64,000 nucleotides of DNA, taken from the NCBI GenBank assembly GCA_965209055.1, contig OZ242374.1, forward strand, positions 192,001 to 256,000, read 5' to 3'. The notes under the pieces were generated by a model that ran no database searches, was not told the DNA's origin, and saw only the letters and a list, made by a program, of their open reading frames with translations. Shown in pieces: positions 19,213 to 27,505 of the stretch. The translations under genes were made by a program, and so were the position numbers. The first letter of the stretch is position 1. Every line of letters starts with the position of its first letter. The stretch comes from Acidobacteriota bacterium. GTDB taxonomy: Bacteria; Acidobacteriota; UBA6911; RPQK01; JAJDTT01.

Positions 19213-19611
19213 ATGACATTGCCTGAACTCTTCCAAACCTTTCCCGACGAGAAAGCCGCCGAGCAATGGCTCGCCGCCATCCGCTGGCGGGGCCAACTCT
19301 GGTGTCCGGCCTGCGGCTCCGACCGCTGGTACCACCACCGGACCCGGGATCCGCGCCAGGTGGCCATGCGCTACCGGTGCAAGGATTGCAAGGGGTACTT
19401 CAGTGTCCGCAAGGGGACCCACCTGGGGCAGAACAAGACCAAGCTCAGGACCTGGGTATTGGCGATTCACCTCGTCTCCTCCGATATGTCCCTGAGGACA
19501 TCCATGATGACCTTGCATGAGGGATTGGGAATCTCCCGCGTCACGGCCTGGAGGATGGCGAAGAAGATCCGGGAAGCCCTGGCGGCTCCCGGGGGGCCGC
19601 CGCACGGGTGA
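19213..19611 (+). pseudogene. IS1595-family transposase N-terminal fragment (Zn ribbon plus HTH, no DDE domain)
   Basis: LFQTFPDEKAAEQWL..RW, CPAC...CKDC..FSVRKGT, LGISRVTAWRMAKKIREA; stops before the catalytic domain. Confidence 0.75.
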
Positions 19612-19698
19612 CGACGGCGTGTCCCGTGCTTCCAAGGGCGAATTGATGACTTTCGAGAAGGGATTTCGGGTCCGGATGCGTGCCCTGTTTTTACCTCG

Positions 19699-19724
19699 GT
19701 TCCGATATTTCCCGTTAACAGAAC
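19699..19724 (-). other. lox-like recombination site 2, inverted relative to site 1
   Basis: GTTCCGATAT-TTCCCG-TTAACAGAAC; 21/26 identical to the reverse complement of site 1, spacer 6/6. Confidence 0.65.
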
Positions 19725-19876
19725 CTTCGGTCCAAATTTTCACGCCGTATGAAATCTAAGGATGCACGAACCCGCTTCGGGTTGCAAGTTTCGTGCAGGT
19801 AGCCGTCCTCAGGGGCTCGTCCGGCAGCCGCAGTGTATCCTAAACGGCATCCTTACTGGAACTTGGGGAGATTGCC

Positions 19877-20425
19877 ATGAATCGAGGACTGCTGTCACTG
19901 ATCGAAGCCGAGTACCAGCGCTACAAGGCTCTCGGCGAGGGAACGTTCCGCCAGTTGAGCGCCGAGGAGCTGGTGACGGACTCCGCGGGGGCCAACTCCA
20001 TTGCGATGATCGTCTGGCACGTCGCCGGCAATCTGGAATCCAGGTTTACGGATTTTTTGACCACGGACGGCGAGAAACCCTGGCGGCAGCGGGATTCCGA
20101 ATTCGAGCCCCGGACGCCATCGCGCGACGAGATCCAGGAGAAGTGGGACCGGGGGTGGCGGGTGCTCTTCGGCTCGTTGCAAGAGCTCACGGATGACGAT
20201 CTGAGCCGTCCCGTGACCATCCGGGGGGTGTCCATGGGCGCCGATGAGGCGCTGCTGCGCTCCGTGGCGCATGCCGCTTATCATGTCGGACAGATCGTCT
20301 ACCTGGGCAAGTGCTTCCGGGGGGATTCCTGGGAATCGCTGAGCATTCCGCCGGGAAAGTCCGAGGAATACAATGCCAATCCGGTATTCGAGAAAGCCGG
20401 CGGGCACGCGAAGAGGTTGTCGTAG
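19877..20425 (+). CDS. DUF1572/DinB-like protein
   Basis: NSIAMIVWHVAGNLESRFTDFLTTDGEKPWRQRDSEF, HAAYHVGQIVY. Confidence 0.88.
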   Translation: MNRGLLSLIEAEYQRYKALGEGTFRQLSAEELVTDSAGANSIAMIVWHVAGNLESRFTDFLTTDGEKPWRQRDSEFEPRTPSRDEIQEKWDRGWRVLFGSLQELTDDDLSRPVTIRGVSMGADEALLRSVAHAAYHVGQIVYLGKCFRGDSWESLSIPPGKSEEYNANPVFEKAGGHAKRLS

Positions 20426-20487
20426 ACCGGGGTATCCGGCTTTTTGGGAGTGCGGGAACAACAGGGGCAGGAAGGGAGAGGGCAATA

Positions 20488-21150
20488 ATGGACTTTGATG
20501 TCGAAGGAAACCTTGGAGCTGCGGCGCGTTCCGTGTCTTCGCTGGAACGCGACGGACGGCCGGCTCGCGCGGTTACTCTTGCCCGGAGCTACGCGGCGAC
20601 GGCTGCGGACCTTTGGGACGCTGTGGCCAACCCGGAGCGGATTCCACGCTGGTTCCTGCCGGTCAGCGGCGAGCTGGAAGTTGGGGGCCGCTACCAGTTG
20701 GAAGGCAACGCAGGCGGCGTGATCACGGCTTGTGAACCTCCAGTCCATTTCGCGGTGACCTGGGAGTTCGGCGGCGACGTCAGTTGGGTGGAGGCACGCG
20801 TTTCGGACGACGGAGCCGGCCGCGCGCGGCTGACGCTGACGCACATCCAGCATCTCTCGGACCACTGGGACACGTACGGGGCGGGCGCGGTCGGCGTGGG
20901 GTGGGAGTGTGGTCTTTTGGGGCTCGCGATCCATCTCGCGGACCCGGACGAGCCGATGCCTGACCCGGCCGCGTTTGCCGTTTCTCCGGACGGCAAGGCG
21001 TTCATCACGGGCAGCAGCGACGGGTGGGAGCAGGCGGCGGTCGCCTTCGGAACAGACCCCGGCGCCGCCCGTTCCAGGGCAGAGCACACGACCGCGTTTT
21101 ACACTGGTGAACCGCCCGAGTCTGCGGGTTGTGAAAACTCGGGGAATTAG
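20488..21150 (+). CDS. SRPBCC/AHSA1 domain protein
   Basis: DLWDAVANPERIPRWFLPVSG, YGAGAVGVGW. Confidence 0.85.
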   Translation: MDFDVEGNLGAAARSVSSLERDGRPARAVTLARSYAATAADLWDAVANPERIPRWFLPVSGELEVGGRYQLEGNAGGVITACEPPVHFAVTWEFGGDVSWVEARVSDDGAGRARLTLTHIQHLSDHWDTYGAGAVGVGWECGLLGLAIHLADPDEPMPDPAAFAVSPDGKAFITGSSDGWEQAAVAFGTDPGAARSRAEHTTAFYTGEPPESAGCENSGN

Positions 21151-21160
21151 GACGCCAACC

Positions 21161-21694
21161 ATGAATCTACAGATGCCCGATCTTCGCTATCCCATTGGTA
21201 AATTCTCGCTCAAGGGCGATGTGGTCCCTGACCGGGTCGCCGTCTGGACCGACGACATCGCGGCGCTGCCGGCGGAACTTGGTCGTACGGTCTCGCCTCT
21301 GACCGACCGCCAACTCGACACCCCGTACCGTCCGGGCGGCTGGACCGTCCGGCAAGTGGTCCACCACCTGGCCGACAGCCACATGAACAGCTACATACGG
21401 TTCAAGTTGGCGCTCACGGAAGACCGGCCCGTGATCAAGGCCTACGACGAGAAGAGCTGGGCCGAGCTGCCGGACAGTAAAGAACCGATCGCCCCGTCCC
21501 TCGACCTTCTCGCGTCCCTCCACCGCCGCTGGGCGGACCTGTTGCGCAGCCTGAGCTGGGCGCAGTTGCAGCGGGAGTTCGTGCATCCCGAGTCGGGCGC
21601 CTCCAGGCTGGCGGTCATGGTCGGCGCCTACTCCTGGCACGGCCGGCATCATCTCGCCCACATCCAACGGCTTATGGAACGGGAGGGTTGGTGA
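21161..21694 (+). CDS. yfiT: YfiT/BstA-family (DinB-like) thiol transferase
   Basis: DLRYPIGKF, LDTPYRPGGWTVRQVVHHLADSH, YSWHGRHHLAHI. Confidence 0.92.
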   Translation: MNLQMPDLRYPIGKFSLKGDVVPDRVAVWTDDIAALPAELGRTVSPLTDRQLDTPYRPGGWTVRQVVHHLADSHMNSYIRFKLALTEDRPVIKAYDEKSWAELPDSKEPIAPSLDLLASLHRRWADLLRSLSWAQLQREFVHPESGASRLAVMVGAYSWHGRHHLAHIQRLMEREGW

Positions 21695-21730
21695 GCGGAG
21701 CGGAGCGGCGGTTTCCTAACCGCCGATTCC
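21467..21730 (+). repeat. Direct repeat copy 1: yfiT 3-prime end plus REP
   Basis: Homologous to 23636-23881. Confidence 0.9.
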
Positions 21731-21938
21731 GCGGACTGAAGAGGGCGACTGGAAATCCGTCGCTCGGTCCCTTTTTAAGAACGGGCTGAGCAAAGGAACG
21801 GACAAATCCGCCTCTAGTGAAGGACAGACGCCGTCCTGGGAAACCGGAAACCGTCCCCGGAGTGGAGAAACGCCCCGACTCCAACTGACCGTAGAATTTA
21901 AGGGGAGACGTTCCCTGACACCCCTTCCTGGTCGGTCA

Positions 21939-23462
21939 TCATGGCACTGGAACCACGGGCAAGGTGGTGAAAATCCGGTTGGTGGCGTCCAGCTCCAGGG
22001 CGATTCCGGCGAACCGTTCCCCTTCGGGAGCGGTGCAACGGACCGACCCGACGAAGTCGGACGTATCGGTCTGGGTGAACAGCTCATGGATGAACTTGGC
22101 CGTCTGACCGTTGCCGGCCAGTGGAATGTCCTCCGTCTCCAATACCGCGCCGTCTTTCATCAATTGGCAACTCACGTCGATCGGGTGCTCTCCCAGGTTC
22201 CGGACTGCGGCTCCGGTGTTGATTCCGCCCGCTTGCCGCCGCGCCGGGAAAATGACGTCGTTGACGGGCGCGCTGGCGCCCACGCCGGCCACGCCCAGAC
22301 CCGGGGCGTCGAACCGAAGGACCCCGCCGATACGGGCCGCTCCGCCCGCGTCCTCGCGGTTTTTATCGCCCGCCATATTAAAGCGCACGATGTCGGAGAA
22401 CACCGTGACCGACCCGGTCACCAGCTCGCCTCGGCCATGGGTCGATATCACGAGTTCGCCCAGAGGCTCCATCCCCGTTCTGGTCGTCAATGATCCGTCC
22501 TCCCGGACTTCCATATCTTCCGTCACGTCTACCACTGATTCGGGGTCGATGAGTTCACCCATTGGATTGTGAAAGTAGATGGCCGGGTAAGTCGCCGAGG
22601 GCTCCACGTTCAGCAGCACCAGGTCCGAAGTGAAGGACCCTCCATTCCCGAAGTGCGCGAAGCTCAGAGACTGTCGAAGATCCATCGTGATGGGATGCAT
22701 GGTGTTGTCCGGTTGAGTCCGCAAGAGCCGGTCGAAGTAAGCGATCCGATTCGGAATCGCCTCCAATGTCTTCCGCTCGTAAGGCCGGGAGACTCGAGCC
22801 GTGCGGTATCGCACAGCCATGTAGGGCAGGAACGACTCGGCGATGTCTTCTCGTTCGGGATGGTCTCGTGCGTAGTTGGAGATGAAGTTGCCATCGGCCG
22901 CCTGGGCGGCGCGCCAATCGTCGGTATCGACAATTCCCATCCAGACCGGGTCCAGGGAAGTATGAGTCCCCTCATGGAACAATTCCTCCTCCAAAAAGCC
23001 CCTCGCAATGGACCGTTCCGCATGATCGGTATGTATGAGAATGGAGTTGTTTCCACCCCCGAGAGGGTGATCCCCTTTGTGGATCCAGACCGCCTCCATA
23101 TTGGTTCGAAGAACGGTTGGCAATTGGCCGATGGCTCTCCCGTATTTGCTTGCTTCCGCCATCGCGGCCGTCGCACTGCCGAACTCTGGATTGACCTGAA
23201 TCTCGGCCGTCAGACCATCATCAAATCGGGCCATGAACAAATAGGCGTCGATCACGATCCAGTCATTGGACCGCCGGTCGAACATCCTCCGCTGTCCCCG
23301 TCCGGCATCCGTCAAGCTCACGAGTGCCGTCGGATCGGATGGGGTGATGATGTCCGGGTCGATCCAGACGGTGCCGGCATAAGGTGGTTCGGCTTGGTCC
23401 TCGCTGAGGGCCTCTCGGCCGAGCGTGAGGATCAGGAACACAGCTAACAGTAGGTTTTTCAT
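21939..23462 (-). CDS. Secreted protein with HExxH zinc-peptidase-like motif and C-terminal beta-rich domain
   Basis: Signal peptide MKNLLLAVFLILTL; LFHEGTH...EDIAESF; C-terminal FAHFGNGG...FTTLPVVPV. Confidence 0.7.
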   Translation of the reverse strand: MKNLLLAVFLILTLGREALSEDQAEPPYAGTVWIDPDIITPSDPTALVSLTDAGRGQRRMFDRRSNDWIVIDAYLFMARFDDGLTAEIQVNPEFGSATAAMAEASKYGRAIGQLPTVLRTNMEAVWIHKGDHPLGGGNNSILIHTDHAERSIARGFLEEELFHEGTHTSLDPVWMGIVDTDDWRAAQAADGNFISNYARDHPEREDIAESFLPYMAVRYRTARVSRPYERKTLEAIPNRIAYFDRLLRTQPDNTMHPITMDLRQSLSFAHFGNGGSFTSDLVLLNVEPSATYPAIYFHNPMGELIDPESVVDVTEDMEVREDGSLTTRTGMEPLGELVISTHGRGELVTGSVTVFSDIVRFNMAGDKNREDAGGAARIGGVLRFDAPGLGVAGVGASAPVNDVIFPARRQAGGINTGAAVRNLGEHPIDVSCQLMKDGAVLETEDIPLAGNGQTAKFIHELFTQTDTSDFVGSVRCTAPEGERFAGIALELDATNRIFTTLPVVPVP

Positions 23463-23635
23463 GGAGGAATGGTATTTGTGCTCTTCGTGTTTCGGCAACA
23501 GGCGCTTCACCAGGGTCCCTCTTATGGACGGGACCTCAATAGGAGATCTCCCGAAGTCAGGGTCACCAGCCGTGAAAGGAGTCCGGTCTGGCTGTCTGTT
23601 TTCTCGGCCGGTTGCTGATAGTGCGGCGCCCCCAT

Positions 23636-23881
23636 CTGCTGGACAGTAAAGAACCGATCTCCCCGTCCCTCCACCGCCCCTGGGCGGACCTGTTGCGCAG
23701 CCTGAGCTGGGCGCAATTGCAGCGGGAGTTCGTGCATCCCGGGTCGGGCGCCTCCCGGCTGGCGGTCATGGTCGGCGCCTACTCCTGGCACGGCCGGCAT
23801 CATCTCGCCCACATCCAAAGGCTGCTGGCACGAGAGGGTTGGTGAGCGGAGCGGAGCGGCGGTTTCCTAACCGCCGATTCC
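23636..23881 (+). pseudogene. Duplicated, diverged yfiT 3-prime fragment plus REP
   Basis: Copy of 21467-21730 with scattered substitutions and an 18-nt deletion between two CGTCCCTC microhomologies. Confidence 0.88.
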
Positions 23882-24015
23882 AGGAAGTGAAGGTGAGTGA
23901 AGAGGGCGATTAGAAATCGCCCCTCCAGCGCCCCTCCTGGTTCTCCCGCGAGCGGGAAGTTAGACTTGCCCGGTTCATTTCAACGGGCTGAACCTGATCC
24001 CGGTGGTGTCTTCTC

Positions 24016-25116
24016 ATGGCTATTCGACCCAAACGACCCGGTTCATTCCGCATCCGCCTGGGGGTCGCCCTCGCGTTGCTGGCGGGCTCCTTGATGTTCG
24101 GTCTTGTGAGTACCGGTCCGCCCGCCACGAACGACCCTCATACTGCGGTCGTTCCCGCCCGGGTCCAGCCCGCCTTTCCGCAACCGATCCGGGGAAAGGC
24201 GGTCCGCTCCAAGGTGATCGAGTTGATGGGGATGGATGCGATCCCCCCGAGGGAGATCCGGTATTCAACCGGGGAGACGACGCGTACCGAAGACGGACTC
24301 CTGAGAACGCCCGTGACCTTCGTCAATTCCTTGGGAGAGACGGTGCCCGGGATCCTCCTCGTTCCCGCCGGGGCAAGTCCCGGATCGCTGGCGGGAGTCG
24401 TCTGCATGCCGGGAACCAGCGGCGACGCCGAACGCTTGACCGAGGAGCGATTCCACCGGGACCAGCCGGACCAGGGACCGCTTCGCGGTTGGGCGCGGGA
24501 GCTGTCGAGACGGGGCTTCGCCACCCTCTCCTTCACCCTGAAGGGGACCGTTGCCCGGCGCCGCAACCTGGACGAGTGGGAGACCGAAGCCAAGCTCCTG
24601 GCCCCCTACGGTCGCCCCCAGATGGGGATCCTGGCGGAAGAAGCCCTGCGGGCGGCCCGGGTCCTGGGTGCGCAAGAACAGGTGGACCAAGCCCGAGTCG
24701 GACTGACCGGATTCTCGCTGGGGTCGTACGCCTCCTGGTGGGCCATGGCGTGCGATCCTTCGATTCGGACCGCGGCCATACTCTGCGGGGGATTGGGCAG
24801 TCTGGCGCGGGACATCCACGAGGGACAGCCGGACCGGCACAGTTCCTGCCACTACATACCGGGACTGCTCCGCCATTTCGACCATCCCGAGATCGTGGCG
24901 GACTGCGTCGCGCCCCGCCCGCTGATGGTGCTGGCTCCGCTGCGGGACCCGGACATGGCGGCGTCCGGAGTGGATCAGCTGGTTGACCTGGTTTCGCCGG
25001 TCTACCGGAAGGCGGGCCGGTCTCATCTGTTCCAGGTCCATCGCCCCGACGACGGCCACGTCTTCCGGGTGGAATACTTCAACTGGATGGCGAAGTGGTT
25101 TGAAGAGCAGCTCTAG
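24016..25116 (+). CDS. Alpha/beta hydrolase (dienelactone hydrolase or esterase-like)
   Basis: N-terminal hydrophobic segment; VGLTGFSLG nucleophile elbow; C-terminal GH. Confidence 0.8.
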   Translation: MAIRPKRPGSFRIRLGVALALLAGSLMFGLVSTGPPATNDPHTAVVPARVQPAFPQPIRGKAVRSKVIELMGMDAIPPREIRYSTGETTRTEDGLLRTPVTFVNSLGETVPGILLVPAGASPGSLAGVVCMPGTSGDAERLTEERFHRDQPDQGPLRGWARELSRRGFATLSFTLKGTVARRRNLDEWETEAKLLAPYGRPQMGILAEEALRAARVLGAQEQVDQARVGLTGFSLGSYASWWAMACDPSIRTAAILCGGLGSLARDIHEGQPDRHSSCHYIPGLLRHFDHPEIVADCVAPRPLMVLAPLRDPDMAASGVDQLVDLVSPVYRKAGRSHLFQVHRPDDGHVFRVEYFNWMAKWFEEQL

Positions 25117-25120
25117 GGAG

Positions 25121-26254
25121 ATCCGAACGGCGGCAAAACCGGGGCTGGGAATCCTGGACGAGTATCCCCGGGTGAGGCTGTGCCGCCTGCCCACGCCCTT
25201 GGAGGCGATGCCCAATCTGGGTCGTGCGCTGGTCGGGGCGCGGGTCTACGTCAAGCGGGACGATTGCACCGATCTGGCGTTCGGCGGCAACAAGGTGCGC
25301 CAACTGGAGTTCTACCTGGGCGAGGCGAGGCAACAGGGCGCCGACACGATCCTCATCACCGGCGCCGTCCAGTCCAACTTCGTCCGTCTCGCCGCCGCGG
25401 CCGCCCGCAAATCGGGCATGGACTGCCACATTCAACTGGAGGAGAGGGTCGCCAGGGACGATTCTCTCTATAGGAACTCCGGAAACGTTCTGCTGGACCG
25501 GATCCTGGGGGCGACTCTCTATTCCTATCCCGAGGGCGAAGACGAGGAAGGGGCGGACCGGCGGGTGGCGGAGATCGCCGAGGAGCTGAAGGGGGAGGGA
25601 AGACGTCCTTACATTATCCCCCTCGGTCCGGGGCACCCGCCTCTGGGCGCCCTGGGATATGTCGTGGCGGCGGAGGAGCTGCTGGAGCAGATTGCATCGG
25701 GGCAGCTCTCCATCGATGAGGTGGTGGTGCCCTCCGGGAGCGGCCACACGCATGGCGGGTTGTTGTTCGGGTTGAGAGCGCTGGGTTCGCAGGTGCGGGT
25801 GACCGGGGTTTGCGTTCGCCGGAACGCCGGGCCGCAAAAGGAGCGGATCCGGGACCGCTGCGGCGAGATTGCCGAGTTGCTGGAGACGGCGAACCCGGTG
25901 GCCGACGAGGACATCCGTATTGTCGACGACTTCCTGGCGCCGGGGTACGGGCGGTTGAATCCGCCGACGCTGGAGGCGATCCGGATGGCCGGCGGCCTGG
26001 AGGGGCTGATCCTGGATCCGGTCTACACGGGGAAGACGATGGCGGGGCTGATCCATCGGGCTCGGAATTCCGACCCAGGGCGATCGTTCGTGCTGATGCA
26101 CACCGGCGGGACGCCGGCGATCTTCGCTTATGGTGCGGAACTGACCGCCGAATTGGAGCGCCGGTTTCCAACTGCCGATTCCGATTCGGAGCGGCGGTTT
26201 CCAACCGCCGATTCTTGCGGGGACAAGGATGTCCCCGCGCCTATGGGGGACTGA
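25121..26254 (+). CDS. D-cysteine desulfhydrase/ACC deaminase-family PLP enzyme
   Basis: LPTPLE, VKRDD...GGNKVRQLEF, QSNFVR, GSGHT, LDPVYTGK, HTGG; start codon not resolved. Confidence 0.88.
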   Translation: MRTAAKPGLGILDEYPRVRLCRLPTPLEAMPNLGRALVGARVYVKRDDCTDLAFGGNKVRQLEFYLGEARQQGADTILITGAVQSNFVRLAAAAARKSGMDCHIQLEERVARDDSLYRNSGNVLLDRILGATLYSYPEGEDEEGADRRVAEIAEELKGEGRRPYIIPLGPGHPPLGALGYVVAAEELLEQIASGQLSIDEVVVPSGSGHTHGGLLFGLRALGSQVRVTGVCVRRNAGPQKERIRDRCGEIAELLETANPVADEDIRIVDDFLAPGYGRLNPPTLEAIRMAGGLEGLILDPVYTGKTMAGLIHRARNSDPGRSFVLMHTGGTPAIFAYGAELTAELERRFPTADSDSERRFPTADSCGDKDVPAPMGD

Positions 26255-26377
26255 CAGTCCCCCCTTTTGAGAAAAAGGGGGCAATTTCAATCGCCCGGTC
26301 TTCGTCGCCAAGTTTGTCACAACGGAGTGCGGTGGTAGGAAAACCGCCGCTCCACCGGCGACAGGAAAGTCGCCGCT
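26154..26377. repeat. Composite REP array (BIME-like) interrupted by IS110
   Basis: GGAGCGGCGGTTTCCAACCGCCG-type units, a REPIN at about 26276-26353, and a 58-bp unit (26208-26265) identical to 27819-27876. Confidence 0.8.
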
Positions 26378-26394
26378 TGTCTGTTTAAATAAGT

Positions 26395-26558
26395 CCGCCC
26401 GGGCCGCTCATGAGCGGCCCGGGCGGCGGTGGCTGGACCGTGTCGCCGCTGACCGTTAGATCCGGATGTGGAGTAAGGTCGGCCACCGTCTTTCCCGATG
26501 TCCTGAATGGATACGAGGGCATCAAGGCCCGAATGACAAGCATAGGAGACCGGAAAGA
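26395..26558 (+). ncRNA. IS110 bridge RNA
   Basis: 5-prime hairpin 26395-26426; target loop guides GTCGCCGCT (26442-26450) and GTGGAG (26468-26473); donor loop guides ATGGATAC (26507-26514) and GACAAG (26535-26540). Confidence 0.85.
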
Positions 26559-27505
26559 TGAAACAGCATACCGTAGGCATCGACATCTCGAAAGCGCACC
26601 TGGACGCCCACCGGCTGGCCGACGGCCGATCCGCCCGGTTCGACAATGACCCGGCTGGCTTCCGGGCGCTGATCGATTGGATCGGAACTCCGGTCGAGTG
26701 CGTCGCCTACGAGGCCACCGGCCCCTATCACCGGAACCTCGAGGAAGCGCTGTGGAAAGCGAAGCTGCCGCTGTCGAGAGTGAATCCCTGGCAGGCCCGG
26801 TGTTTTGCTCAGGCGACCGGGAGCCGCGCGAAGACCGACACCGTAGACGCCCGGATGCTGGCCCAGATGGGGGCCAGCCTGGATCCGCGCCGGACCCCGG
26901 CGCCGTCCAAGACGCAACGCCGGCTCCAGGAACTGCAGGGGTGCCGGGACGCGCTGATGCGCCAGCGCACGGCCGCGCTGAACCGCCGCGCCCATTTGCG
27001 CGATCCCCTGCCCAAGCGGCAGAACCAGACCCAGATCAACCTGTTCGAGCGCCAGGCGAAGGCCATTGACCGAAAAATGCAGCAACTGATCGCGGCCGAT
27101 CCGGAGCGGGCGCGCAAGTTGGAGATCCTGACCTCCATTCCCGGGATCGCGGCCACCACCGCCGCGGGTCTACTGGCCGAGATGCCGGAGCTGGGCACCC
27201 TGAGCGGTAAGGCCGTCGCCAGTCTGGCCGGGTTGGCCGCCGTTCCTCGCGAGTCGGGGGCTTGGCAGGGACGGGCCTTCATCCGGGGCGGACGAGCGCG
27301 GGCGCGACGGCTCCTGTACATGCCGGCGGTGGCCGCCCTGCGCTGGAACCGCGACCTGGCCGAGGTCTATGGGAGACTGACCGGGCGTGGCAAGCCCGGC
27401 AAGGTGGCCCTGGTCGCCGTCATGCGCAAGCTCATCGTCCTAGCCAACACCCTGGTGAGTCAGGACCGCACCTGGTTGCCCGAAGCGCCCCGTGTGGTCT
27501 GCTGA
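26558..27505 (+). CDS. IS110-family recombinase/transposase
   Basis: VGIDISK, YEATG, AKTDTVDA (DEDD RuvC); SIPGI, AGLA..PRESG (catalytic Ser), GGRARARRLLYM, AVMRKL. Confidence 0.96.
   Translation: MKQHTVGIDISKAHLDAHRLADGRSARFDNDPAGFRALIDWIGTPVECVAYEATGPYHRNLEEALWKAKLPLSRVNPWQARCFAQATGSRAKTDTVDARMLAQMGASLDPRRTPAPSKTQRRLQELQGCRDALMRQRTAALNRRAHLRDPLPKRQNQTQINLFERQAKAIDRKMQQLIAADPERARKLEILTSIPGIAATTAAGLLAEMPELGTLSGKAVASLAGLAAVPRESGAWQGRAFIRGGRARARRLLYMPAVAALRWNRDLAEVYGRLTGRGKPGKVALVAVMRKLIVLANTLVSQDRTWLPEAPRVVC

Noticed and set aside
21740-21935. Possible structured RNA with repeated GAAAC motifs
   Set aside because: No consistent fold or known riboswitch consensus could be established by eye
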